From the IMG/VR virus record IMGVR_UViG_3300010049_000001, positions 1,510 to 65,509 of that record: a DNA stretch of 64,000 nt. One strand, written 5' to 3'. This document shows, piece by piece, positions 46,153 through 55,324 of the stretch. Source of the DNA: a virus. Taxonomy: Duplodnaviria; Caudoviricetes. The notes under the pieces were generated by a model, which did not search any database, was not told the origin of the DNA, and worked only from the letters and a program-made list of their open reading frames with translations. The position numbers were made by a program, and so were the translations under genes. How positions within the stretch are numbered: the first letter of the stretch is position 1; the number at the start of each line of letters is the position of its first letter.

Positions 46153-48780
46153 ATGTCACTGGTTACTCATCACGAAGTACTTCAAGCGCAGCTTGGAACT
46201 ATTCCAGTTGTGGATGGACAGTTTATTGTTGCAGTGGATACTGGCAATATCTATCGTGACATCGGAGGCGTCCGGAGGTTATGCTCCGGAGCGCTTTCGG
46301 TGGATAATGTTGAGCACGTAGGAGGAAAAGTACCGTTGACCGAGTTCTGTCTAAAGTCAGATATTGAGTCAATGAATCTTACCGATTCTGGCGTGGAAGG
46401 AAAACGCTATATCGTTACGGATGAAGAAAGTGATCCATTTGAAGGTATTTCAGTTGAATCTGTTCACTATGGTACAACACCGCCTGTACCAAGAAATGAT
46501 AAAGTTCTTTGGGTGCGCCCTAAGATCGTTGAACCGATTCAATTAATTAGTTATGCCGAAACTGAAAATGCAGAAATTCAAATTCCAGAACATCAAGTAG
46601 GAGATTTAATTTTAATTGGTGTAAAATCTGCTACTTCTGCTATTCCTGTAATTCCGAATGCTTCCAATACTGTGCCTGTGTGGGAGGATATTTTGAATTT
46701 AGCGTATTCAACGTTTTATGGTTTTAGGGCAGCTTTTGCAATAGCAACAGAAGATAATCATACTACAGGAAATTGGGGAGTAAATGCCCGACTTGTAGTA
46801 TTAGTATTTCGCAATACTGTTGAAATAGGCGCTAAAGAAATTGAGCTAAGCGCAAACTATCAAGTCAGCTATCCTGCCTTAACGCTTGAACGAACTGGAT
46901 CAACTGTAGTTCGCTTTTTTGTCAGAAATGCTCCACTAAATGCTTATACACCTGTTGCTTGGGAAAGAATCATACAGTCGCCTGAAGTTGGTATGTCTAA
47001 TCTCGGTGCATTTGTTAAAAATGGGCTAAGCGGAAGCGTCAATCAAGATATTACTACGGGTGAATCAAACGGTATTTCGATTGGTACGTCAATTGAATTA
47101 AAAATTGCGGCTGATTTATCTAATTTATATAGATGGAACGGTACTACTTGGATTCTTGTAGGCGGTTTAAGCGAAGGTGTGACAGATCACGCCATGCTCG
47201 ATAATCTTGATGCACCAGATAGCGGACACACCGGCTTCATGATGCGCGGTGTTGGCGGAAATTATACGGAAGGGGCACATTTCCCTGTCGGAGGATTGCA
47301 AGCGTTTTTAGATGACAATGTTAATAATAGGTTTTTTGATACAGCCGTAACTATTACTGTAACTTCTGCGTATGCTGGTGATATTTTTATTCAAAATACT
47401 AAAGGCTTTGCATTGCCGACTGGTAAAGTATTTATGTTTATGGGCGCTGGAAAGATTGAAAATTTACATATATATGATTCAACGTCAGTAGTTGCAATGT
47501 CATTGAGCGGCATTGTGTGTGACAATCTTTCTGTGCGTGATTCATTTAGTATAGCGTTGCTGTCTAATAATACACTCTCTATAAAAGTATTTTCTTCTGT
47601 TTTTGAATTTCAAAGTGGCGCCACTAATGCGACTATAGGTCATGTTGATATATCTCATGGCAGTAATGTAAGTATCTATGGACTTAGTACTCTAAACGCT
47701 ATTGAAATAACTTCACTCGATAATGATGGTATTTTGAAAACATCAACGCCAATCTCTATAGTATCGAAGGTTGGCAGTGGTATTATCATCGATGCCAACC
47801 CTGGAAATGCATTAGATACTTTTCAGAGAAAGCCGCTCCCCGTTGCAACCCAAAGTGTTCTTGGAACTACGAAACTTTATAACTCTCTTGGAGCTGCAAC
47901 GGACGGCGCGGTGACGCAGAAGGTTTTGACCGACTCGCTATCCAGTTCGGCTACCATCGTCGTCGGCTTCACGGACGATTGTGACATCAAGATCACGGCT
48001 GCGAATACGCACAATACATATATCCAGAACGCCATTAACGCATTGCCTGCGGGCGGTGGGAAGATCGTGTTGCGCGAAGGGACGTATGATATTCGTGGCA
48101 CAATCAATATGAATAAGGATAATGTTTCTATTTGTGGTGTTGGGCCTGCTACCCGTTTAGAGTATTATTCCGGCGCTTCAAGCCTTGAGGATGGATTCGT
48201 TTTAACTGCGAAAAATTGCTCCTTTAAGGATTTTCTTATTAAAGGTGTGCAGTCACTTTCATCCTGTACATTTTTAGCTTCATATAGAGCAGCACCCTCT
48301 CGTGATCTAGGAACGCTAAGTGTTGCTAGAATTCACTGTATAGATATGACTTTTGGAATTTATTTCGATGTAACCTCTGGCTCTAACTTTGCTCCGACAG
48401 TTAACGCCACAATAGCCGATTGTCTTTTTGATTCTTCATATATTACTGAAGATGTATTAGCTATCACATCTAGGATAAACTCTTCTGGAATTAGAGTTTT
48501 GAATTGCGTTATTAATAACGCTAGACAAGCTTTTCGGCTTAGTGAGAATTTCTATTATATAAGTGGGAACATTATTAACTGTGAGAAAGGCGTTGTTATA
48601 GCTGGTTTAGCAAACAATTCTCAGTCTATAATCAGTGGAAATATCTTCAATTGTTCTAGTGTAACTATGGATTCACTAAGTAGCGCTGCAATAAAAAATA
48701 TTTTTGTGAATAATGTTGTCAAGGCGGGCACTGTTAATGTTGGAGTAGGTACTAATATTAACGCCAACAATTTAATATAA
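46153..48780 (+). CDS. Tail fibre / tailspike with C-terminal parallel beta-helix (putative depolymerase)
   Basis: Starts MSLVTHH; IQNAINALPAGGGKIVLREGTY..GTI...NVSICGVG entry to a pectate-lyase-like helix; N/I-rich rungs. Confidence 0.8.
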   Translation: MSLVTHHEVLQAQLGTIPVVDGQFIVAVDTGNIYRDIGGVRRLCSGALSVDNVEHVGGKVPLTEFCLKSDIESMNLTDSGVEGKRYIVTDEESDPFEGISVESVHYGTTPPVPRNDKVLWVRPKIVEPIQLISYAETENAEIQIPEHQVGDLILIGVKSATSAIPVIPNASNTVPVWEDILNLAYSTFYGFRAAFAIATEDNHTTGNWGVNARLVVLVFRNTVEIGAKEIELSANYQVSYPALTLERTGSTVVRFFVRNAPLNAYTPVAWERIIQSPEVGMSNLGAFVKNGLSGSVNQDITTGESNGISIGTSIELKIAADLSNLYRWNGTTWILVGGLSEGVTDHAMLDNLDAPDSGHTGFMMRGVGGNYTEGAHFPVGGLQAFLDDNVNNRFFDTAVTITVTSAYAGDIFIQNTKGFALPTGKVFMFMGAGKIENLHIYDSTSVVAMSLSGIVCDNLSVRDSFSIALLSNNTLSIKVFSSVFEFQSGATNATIGHVDISHGSNVSIYGLSTLNAIEITSLDNDGILKTSTPISIVSKVGSGIIIDANPGNALDTFQRKPLPVATQSVLGTTKLYNSLGAATDGAVTQKVLTDSLSSSATIVVGFTDDCDIKITAANTHNTYIQNAINALPAGGGKIVLREGTYDIRGTINMNKDNVSICGVGPATRLEYYSGASSLEDGFVLTAKNCSFKDFLIKGVQSLSSCTFLASYRAAPSRDLGTLSVARIHCIDMTFGIYFDVTSGSNFAPTVNATIADCLFDSSYITEDVLAITSRINSSGIRVLNCVINNARQAFRLSENFYYISGNIINCEKGVVIAGLANNSQSIISGNIFNCSSVTMDSLSSAAIKNIFVNNVVKAGTVNVGVGTNINANNLI

Positions 48781-48792
48781 CCGGAGCACATC

Positions 48793-48960
48793 ATGCCACT
48801 GCAAGAATACATACTCAACCCTGAAACGGGTAAGCTCGAACCAACTAGTGTTGGTGGCGTTCCGGGAGCGGTTAAAGTCTATGAGGCTGCTGACGAGACG
48901 GAAGCACAACAATACTCCGAGGCAAACCCAACGACGTTCGTCTTTGTTGCGGATGAGTGA
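48793..48960 (+). CDS. 55-aa acidic protein (not in ORF track)
   Basis: GGAG SD; MPLQEYILNPETGKLEP...FVFVADE*; stop overlaps the next ATG. Confidence 0.7.
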   Translation: MPLQEYILNPETGKLEPTSVGGVPGAVKVYEAADETEAQQYSEANPTTFVFVADE

Positions 48961-51900
48961 TGGCTTCCTATTCCTTCACTAACCTCGTACCGAATGGATC
49001 GTTTGAGTCGGATGCGACCGGGTGGGTCGCTGGTTCGAATAACAACGCAATCAACCTATCAATCGCTCGGCAGACGCCTATCATCGCGCCGGGGCATGGT
49101 GAGTATGGTTCGGCGAGTGGATATTGCAACGGGCAGATAAACTTCTCCGCACAGTCCGGTGTCAATAAAGCTGCCTCGCAGACAAGCAACATCACTGTGG
49201 TGAGCGGGCGGAAGTATTATATCCGTGCGCAATGTCGAGTGAATATATCGGCTTCCGGATTTACAGGAGACTCCTTTCAGTTCTCGAACGCCGGTGTCGA
49301 TATTGGACACTCCTTCACGATAGTTGGTGCGAATGTTTTTGGGCTGGTGGATTTTATCTGGACAGCGAATACGACTACCTTAGGGTTGCGTTTACAAGCC
49401 GCTGTTCAGGGTTTGTCAGGCAATACCGCAGCACAGTGGTGGATCGATAATGTCGTTGTGATGGATTTGACTACACCGTTTGGTGCTGGCAATGAACCAC
49501 CACTTGCTGCTGCACGACAGGCGGTATTGGACTACGCAGGGCCGAATGGTGGGAAAGGATTCTTCTCAGGTACGGCGACACTCACCTTTCCTGATCCACC
49601 TGTTATCGATACAACCGTCACGACATTTGCTGGCGTTTATAGTCGAGTCTTTTCCAATCAAGTATTGTTGATACCCAATACAGGTACAGGGCCATTTAGT
49701 TTTAACATCAGCGGTCTTTCAGATGGGCATGGTTTAAGTATTGATAATTACGGGAATATTTCTGGCATACTTGGGCTGTTTGAAGGGAGTTACAACTTTG
49801 ACATTGCGGTGACGGATGCTGTTGGTTTTCAAGATACTGCGTCTTATACCCTGAATGTTGGCGAGCCGCCACGCATTATAGATACATTTATTCCAAGCGG
49901 TGTGTATGAAGAGCCATACTCTTTCACCTTTGATGTTCAAGGTTCCACCCCGTTGACAGTTTCGATTGTGGTATCGTCTGGTACATTACCGACTGGATTG
50001 TCTATTAATCCTTCGACTTGGACAATCTCTGGCACACCAACTGTCGATGGACAATCGTGTCGCATTACGGTTATAGCCTATAATGTATATGATAATACTG
50101 GTAACGTCACAAGAACATTTGATTTTGCAGTGCGCTCTAGTGCGCATATCAATACCACGTCTCCGCTTCGTAGCGGCATTGCTGGACAAGCGTATGCGCC
50201 TCTACAGTTCAACGCGACAGGTCTTGAACCAATCACATGGGAACTTCTGAGTCTCCTGACAGACCTGCCACCCGGATTGTGGTTCGATGAAGAGACAGGC
50301 ATCCTCTCTGGTACGCCTACAATGGCGGGGACGTATGCGTTTTCATTGCGTGCAGAGAATGCTATTGGGCATGATGATGCGATTTTCGAAATCACGATCA
50401 ACACATTGCCACAGATCACGACGACAACGCTTGGCTATGCACGTCTCTTAACACCCTACTCAGCGCAACTCACTGCGACTGGCACGACACCGATTACATG
50501 GTCAGTCATATCTGGACAATTGCCGGTCGGCCTATCTTTGAACAGTGCGACAGGTACTATTACTGGACAGGTACAAAACGCAGGAACAGCGACATTCACG
50601 GTCGAGGCGCGTAACATTGCCGGTACAGTGACACGACAACTGTCCATCCAGTCTGGTACTGCGTTGGCAATCATGACGACTTCGCCATTACGGGTTGGCA
50701 CTGTAGGACAGGCATATGGCAACCTGACATTTGTAGCGGAAGGTATTGATAGTTTCTATACTATATCATGGACGAATCCCGGCGGTAACATACCCGCTGG
50801 TATGACTTTCACAACAGCGGGCGTTTTGTCTGGCACACCATCTACAGCGGGTACTTATACATTTAACATTCGCATCACGAATGGGACAAGTACAGCAGAG
50901 TCTCCATTTACGTTGGTAGTTGGAGCAGTACCACAAATTATGACCGGAACGTCTTTGGTTGGTGGTGCGGATCGTCCGTTTACGATGACCCTAGCTGCAA
51001 CTAGTACAGCCGCTGTGATGTGGGCGATTACAGCCGGACCAACACCTTCGGGCGGTGGTTCGATGCCACAAGGCTCGCAGCTTATCTTGTCGCCGACTGG
51101 TGTTTTGTCGTGGCTCGTGCCGGTAACAGGAAGTTACGTCTTTACGGTTGTTGCGACGAATCAGTTCGGTAATTCCATTCCGGTTACATTCACGCTGACG
51201 ATCACGACGCCTTCTATTTCTGATGTGTTTCCGCCTGATAATACGCAGGTGCTTGCACCAGAAATTTATCTAATCGTCGGAACGAAAAGCTCATCGTTGA
51301 AGCCGAACTTCTTGCCCTATACCTTCACTGCGAATGGTGATCCTCCACTGACATGGACGCTACAGCTACCGACAGGTGGAACAGCCTCTGGTGAGACTGC
51401 GGGCATTCCGGCTGGACTAACCTTCGACGAGCCTACGGGTTCGTTGGATGGCGTCCCTACAACAATAGGACGATACAAGTTTGATCTACGCGTATCGAAC
51501 ATTCCAGCAAATGCTCATGCACAAGAAACATTCTGGATTAATGTAGTTGCACGTCCAGTTATTTTGACGCCCTCACTGTTAAGCGGGGTGGAAGGTGAGT
51601 CTTACCCACCTCAAGCGCAGAGCTTGCAAGCCTCTGGCACACCGCCAATCACATGGACAATCCTTCCACCAGTTGGTTCTGAGACGGGGCTACCGCCCGG
51701 CTTGAGTTTGAATGGCTCGAACATTACTGGAACGCCAGCGCCCGGAACAGCTTTTGAGGAATACACCTTCACTGTTCAGGCACAGAATATATCGGGCCTT
51801 GGCTATGTGGATACGCGTCAATACACCATTCTAATTGCTGGTTTCAGTGGTGCACCTGTCATCATAACCCCTGCGACGCTTACTGCTATTCGCGGGCAGC

Positions 51901-52475
51901 CCTATTCGCAGACGATTTCCGTGCTTGGTGATCCGCTTGGATCACTACAAATTATGGATGGATATGGTACGCTACCTACCGGAATTAACTTTAGCTCATC
52001 ACAACTGGTTGGCACGTTGAGTGGTACGCCAACAGTAGCGGGCGTGTTCGAGCTTGCTTTCCAAGCCTTTAATGGGTATGGATTTGATGAGCGCATTATT
52101 ACGCTGATTGTGTTAGACCCGCCTATCATTACTACTAATGCACTACCAGATGCTACAGCTAATGAGCCGTACTATTATCAACTGACTGCGACGGGCGACG
52201 CACCGCTAAGTTGGACTGTGACTGGCTTGCCAGCAGGATTAAGTGCGAATGCATCTGGTGAAATCTCAGGCACACCGGAAGTTTTTGGTAATCACAATAT
52301 TACGATCCGCGTCTCTAATGATGCTGGCAGCGTCCAAACTGTTTTAGCATTGCACATCAATGCGCCGCTACGTATCATTAAGCTTTTTCTTAATGGAAAA
52401 CGAGTCGGTGCGCTATTTTATGGTGGCAAGAAATTGTCGCAAGCGTTTGTTTCTGGAAGGTTAATTTTTGGCTAG
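48960..52475 (+). CDS. Adhesin-like protein: CBM-like domain plus 10 Ig-like (He_PIG-type) repeats
   Basis: NLVPNGSFE...W, then WWIDNVVVMDLT; repeated LP.GL......G.ISGTPT..G.Y.F. Confidence 0.85.
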   Translation: MASYSFTNLVPNGSFESDATGWVAGSNNNAINLSIARQTPIIAPGHGEYGSASGYCNGQINFSAQSGVNKAASQTSNITVVSGRKYYIRAQCRVNISASGFTGDSFQFSNAGVDIGHSFTIVGANVFGLVDFIWTANTTTLGLRLQAAVQGLSGNTAAQWWIDNVVVMDLTTPFGAGNEPPLAAARQAVLDYAGPNGGKGFFSGTATLTFPDPPVIDTTVTTFAGVYSRVFSNQVLLIPNTGTGPFSFNISGLSDGHGLSIDNYGNISGILGLFEGSYNFDIAVTDAVGFQDTASYTLNVGEPPRIIDTFIPSGVYEEPYSFTFDVQGSTPLTVSIVVSSGTLPTGLSINPSTWTISGTPTVDGQSCRITVIAYNVYDNTGNVTRTFDFAVRSSAHINTTSPLRSGIAGQAYAPLQFNATGLEPITWELLSLLTDLPPGLWFDEETGILSGTPTMAGTYAFSLRAENAIGHDDAIFEITINTLPQITTTTLGYARLLTPYSAQLTATGTTPITWSVISGQLPVGLSLNSATGTITGQVQNAGTATFTVEARNIAGTVTRQLSIQSGTALAIMTTSPLRVGTVGQAYGNLTFVAEGIDSFYTISWTNPGGNIPAGMTFTTAGVLSGTPSTAGTYTFNIRITNGTSTAESPFTLVVGAVPQIMTGTSLVGGADRPFTMTLAATSTAAVMWAITAGPTPSGGGSMPQGSQLILSPTGVLSWLVPVTGSYVFTVVATNQFGNSIPVTFTLTITTPSISDVFPPDNTQVLAPEIYLIVGTKSSSLKPNFLPYTFTANGDPPLTWTLQLPTGGTASGETAGIPAGLTFDEPTGSLDGVPTTIGRYKFDLRVSNIPANAHAQETFWINVVARPVILTPSLLSGVEGESYPPQAQSLQASGTPPITWTILPPVGSETGLPPGLSLNGSNITGTPAPGTAFEEYTFTVQAQNISGLGYVDTRQYTILIAGFSGAPVIITPATLTAIRGQPYSQTISVLGDPLGSLQIMDGYGTLPTGINFSSSQLVGTLSGTPTVAGVFELAFQAFNGYGFDERIITLIVLDPPIITTNALPDATANEPYYYQLTATGDAPLSWTVTGLPAGLSANASGEISGTPEVFGNHNITIRVSNDAGSVQTVLALHINAPLRIIKLFLNGKRVGALFYGGKKLSQAFVSGRLIFG

Positions 52476-52495
52476 GCCAATTCAAAGGAGTAATC

Positions 52496-52684
52496 ATGTG
52501 TAAACAAGTCGAGCTGTTCTGGGTTATCTGTACCTGTGGAAGAAGACTAGGTCGGATCAACGGTACAGCGGAATTGAAATGCCGCTACTGTAGGAAAATT
52601 TCTCTTTTTACAGCGAAGGGCAAAGATGGAGAGGCGCCTCCGAAGGATGATACCTGTACTTGCGCTTGTAAGGAAAGCCAGTGA
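52496..52684 (+). CDS. Com-like zinc-ribbon regulator
   Basis: CTCGRRLG......ELKCRYCRK; extra CTCAC tail; AAGGAG SD. Confidence 0.7.
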   Translation: MCKQVELFWVICTCGRRLGRINGTAELKCRYCRKISLFTAKGKDGEAPPKDDTCTCACKESQ

Positions 52685-52714
52685 GCTTTGATAAACTGTA
52701 GTAAGGAGATAAAC

Positions 52715-53710
52715 ATGGAAGGGCACGAGCATATGCATGAATCACATGCTGCTCCCCATGCTGGTCTTTCTGGAATGTTACATGCTCACGATGTTCATTC
52801 TAGACATGCGCACCACACTACGCATGAAAAACTTGACGATGTGGAAGATGAAGTTGAAGAACTCCGTGATGATGTAGAAGAGGCTATTCATCGAGGAAGA
52901 GAGTCTTGCCATACCTCTCATTCTGGAGTCCATAAAGTGTATGACACTCTGGCAGGCGGGAGCGGCCTTTCAGCTCTGATTGGTGGTGCCGTTGGTGGTT
53001 TTGGCGGTGGTTTATTCTCCAGCTTCTTTGACCGCGGTTTCCGTGGTGGCTGGGGTGGTGGTCACGATGGTGGCGGATGTGGTTGTGGTGGCAAGGGTTG
53101 TTCTTGCTGCTGTGAAATTCAAGGCGCCGAAACTCGCATTGAAGACCGCATTGACAGCGCCAGTTCCACTCAGCAACATTTTGATTCGATGATGATGCTA
53201 GGTGGGTTGAAAGCCGAAGTTGCCGCTGTAGGTTGGAACATCACTAACCAACTTCAACGTTCGTTCTTCGAAGCACAAATCGCCAATGACCGTAATGCTG
53301 CGGTTAATCTGGCCGCAGTCAAGGAAGCACAATACCAAGCGGTGCGTGCCACTGAGCAAGCACAATTCGCGCTGGCATTACAAGCTTCCGATATCGCATA
53401 TAAGCAGCTCCAATTCTGCTGCGATCGTGACCGTTGCGACAGTGATCGCAGGCACAGCGAAGCACAAATTACCATCGTCCGGAATGAAGCCAATGCGCTT
53501 GCGGTTCAAAATCAGAATCAGCAACAGCAGCAGATGCAGCTCCTGGATGAAAGAAATAACCGTCGGCATGAAATCCTTGGGCTGCATATCAACGCCCTCG
53601 GAAATTACATGCAAAATGGTTTCCAACAAGCAACCAACGTAACGAAGTCTGTGAACTTTGGCTCCGGATCAGCGGCGACGACCAACACGCCGACACAAAA
53701 CATTGCTTAA
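52715..53710 (+). CDS. His-rich / Gly-Cys-rich / coiled-coil protein of unknown function
   Basis: AAGGAG SD, start 52715; HEHMHESH..., GCGCGGKGCSCCCE, QFCCDRDRC, poly-Q. Confidence 0.75.
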   Translation: MEGHEHMHESHAAPHAGLSGMLHAHDVHSRHAHHTTHEKLDDVEDEVEELRDDVEEAIHRGRESCHTSHSGVHKVYDTLAGGSGLSALIGGAVGGFGGGLFSSFFDRGFRGGWGGGHDGGGCGCGGKGCSCCCEIQGAETRIEDRIDSASSTQQHFDSMMMLGGLKAEVAAVGWNITNQLQRSFFEAQIANDRNAAVNLAAVKEAQYQAVRATEQAQFALALQASDIAYKQLQFCCDRDRCDSDRRHSEAQITIVRNEANALAVQNQNQQQQQMQLLDERNNRRHEILGLHINALGNYMQNGFQQATNVTKSVNFGSGSAATTNTPTQNIA

Positions 53711-53717
53711 CTAAAAC

Positions 53718-53739
53718 ACCGGGCGGGCAACCGCCCGGT
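53718..53739. terminator. GC-rich 9-bp hairpin with GCAA loop
   Basis: ACCGGGCGG-GCAA-CCGCCCGGT; T-run only on the minus strand. Confidence 0.55.
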
Positions 53740-53751
53740 TGGAGAAAAGAG

Positions 53752-54252
53752 ATGAACGATCAGGTAGTCCAACAATCACCAGCAATGCCACAGATGCCTC
53801 CGCTTGGTTTTCCAAATTTTACTGGTATGCCTCTTGGGCAGCAAGATCAAATTTTGCAACAGCTACAGGCTATGAACACCCGTATGGAAAAGTTTGAGCA
53901 GGAGATTGCTCCAACAGCCAAGCGGGCGGTATCAAAGGAACAACAAGTAAGTCAGCTTGAGGCACTGGATCGTGCCAAGAAAGCAGAGGAAAAGAAACTT
54001 CGTCTCTACATGGAGTTCGGTGGAATGTTATTTCTAATTCTTGGATGGCCGATGATTATGAAGCTCGGAACTATCCATGTAGAGGAAATAGCTACTATCA
54101 AAGTTCGGTCAGAGAGTGAAGCCGAATACAACGCTGGGTTGATAAACCTAGCACAGAAAGAATTCGGGTGGTTCGCAAATACTAAAGTCGGGCAGAAGTG
54201 TTTGCAAGATTTAGTGGCAGCGTATATTGGGATGAAACAATCTCCAACTTAA
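53752..54252 (+). CDS. Hypothetical protein, Q/P-rich N-terminus, one hydrophobic segment
   Basis: GGAG SD; 166 aa. Confidence 0.6.
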   Translation: MNDQVVQQSPAMPQMPPLGFPNFTGMPLGQQDQILQQLQAMNTRMEKFEQEIAPTAKRAVSKEQQVSQLEALDRAKKAEEKKLRLYMEFGGMLFLILGWPMIMKLGTIHVEEIATIKVRSESEAEYNAGLINLAQKEFGWFANTKVGQKCLQDLVAAYIGMKQSPT

Positions 54253-54269
54253 AAGTATAGGAGAGCGAG

Positions 54270-54563
54270 ATGGAAGGTCAAGTCATAAGGGATGCAAGCC
54301 AAGTAATGAGTTTTATTTGGCCTATAGTCATTGGCCTTCTTTTTTATCTTCTTAAGCAGAAAGATAAGAAGATCGAAGATACCTCTAAAGCGATTGAAGC
54401 ATTACACCTTGAAATCGAAAAACGGTTCGTAGAGTATGTACCAATCTCTCGTCTTGACCGACTTGAAGATAAACTTGAAGCTTCACTTAAAGAAGTTCAC
54501 GACCAGTTATTATCTATAGCTACAGCTCTTGGTAAATTACATGCCAGGAGATGTTCCGATTGA
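54270..54563 (+). CDS. Holin-like protein (1 TM plus coiled coil)
   Basis: FIWPIVIGLLFYLL followed by KQKDKK; directly upstream of the endolysin. Confidence 0.6.
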   Translation: MEGQVIRDASQVMSFIWPIVIGLLFYLLKQKDKKIEDTSKAIEALHLEIEKRFVEYVPISRLDRLEDKLEASLKEVHDQLLSIATALGKLHARRCSD

Positions 54564-54574
54564 TGAGGTGAATC

Positions 54575-55324
54575 ATGATAAAGCTACCAGACATAACACT
54601 TCAGTGGCCAATTACTTGGGACGGTGTAAAGCTTATTGCTGAATCGGAAAGTTGTCGTTTGACTTCTTACCAGTGTTCCGCTGGTAGATGGACAATCGGG
54701 TGGGGTGAAACATCTGGCATAACGCAAGGGATGAAGTGGTCGCAAGCGCAAGCCGATAAAACTTTTTGCGCTTCATTGACGACCTTCACCAACGGTGTGC
54801 GAGCTTTGCTCACTGGAATGACAGATGATGCGCAGATATCTGCAATGGTCAGTCTTGCTTATAATATTGGCCTTGCTGCTTTCAAAACTTCTACTGTGCT
54901 ACGAATGCATAATCAAGGAAAAACTGTTGAAGCAGCAAACGCTTTCAGCATGTTTAATAAGGTACGCAAAAATGGTGCTCTTGTAGTTGAACCCGGTCTT
55001 GTTATTCGCCGATCAAAAGAGGCCGTAGTGTATTTGTCTGGCACGTCTACTGTAGTAAATAAAGATCAAGAGCCATTACCAGATGCAGATGAAAAGTGTG
55101 ATGTTCCGTTGATGAAGTCATCTTCTGCTCAATCTGGGGCAGCTGTTGCAGCAGCTGGAGTAACTGCTGGTGCTGCAGAGGTAATTAATGAACTAGCCCC
55201 TGCTATTAGTACAATTCAAGTTGTCATGAAATGGTCTATCCCAGTCTTGATTATCGTTGCCATCGTAGCCGGTAGCATAGTAATGTATCGGGCATGGAAG
55301 CGCCGACAGGATGGCACGACATGA
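54575..55324 (+). CDS. Endolysin, GH24 lysozyme with C-terminal membrane anchor
   Basis: E-x8-C-x5-T triad, WTIGWG, SLAYNIG...F..ST.LR, GLVIRR..E. Confidence 0.9.
   Translation: MIKLPDITLQWPITWDGVKLIAESESCRLTSYQCSAGRWTIGWGETSGITQGMKWSQAQADKTFCASLTTFTNGVRALLTGMTDDAQISAMVSLAYNIGLAAFKTSTVLRMHNQGKTVEAANAFSMFNKVRKNGALVVEPGLVIRRSKEAVVYLSGTSTVVNKDQEPLPDADEKCDVPLMKSSSAQSGAAVAAAGVTAGAAEVINELAPAISTIQVVMKWSIPVLIIVAIVAGSIVMYRAWKRRQDGTT

Noticed and set aside
44826-46160. Programmed frameshift or readthrough at the WVQH junctions
   Set aside because: Different stop codons and spacer lengths, no slippery heptamer, and each downstream gene has its own SD.
46153-52475. Diversity-generating retroelement acting on the fibres
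   Set aside because: No reverse transcriptase and no adenine-variable TR/VR pair seen.
52496-52684. Mu-type com-mom modification operon
   Set aside because: The downstream gene has no GNAT/Mom features.
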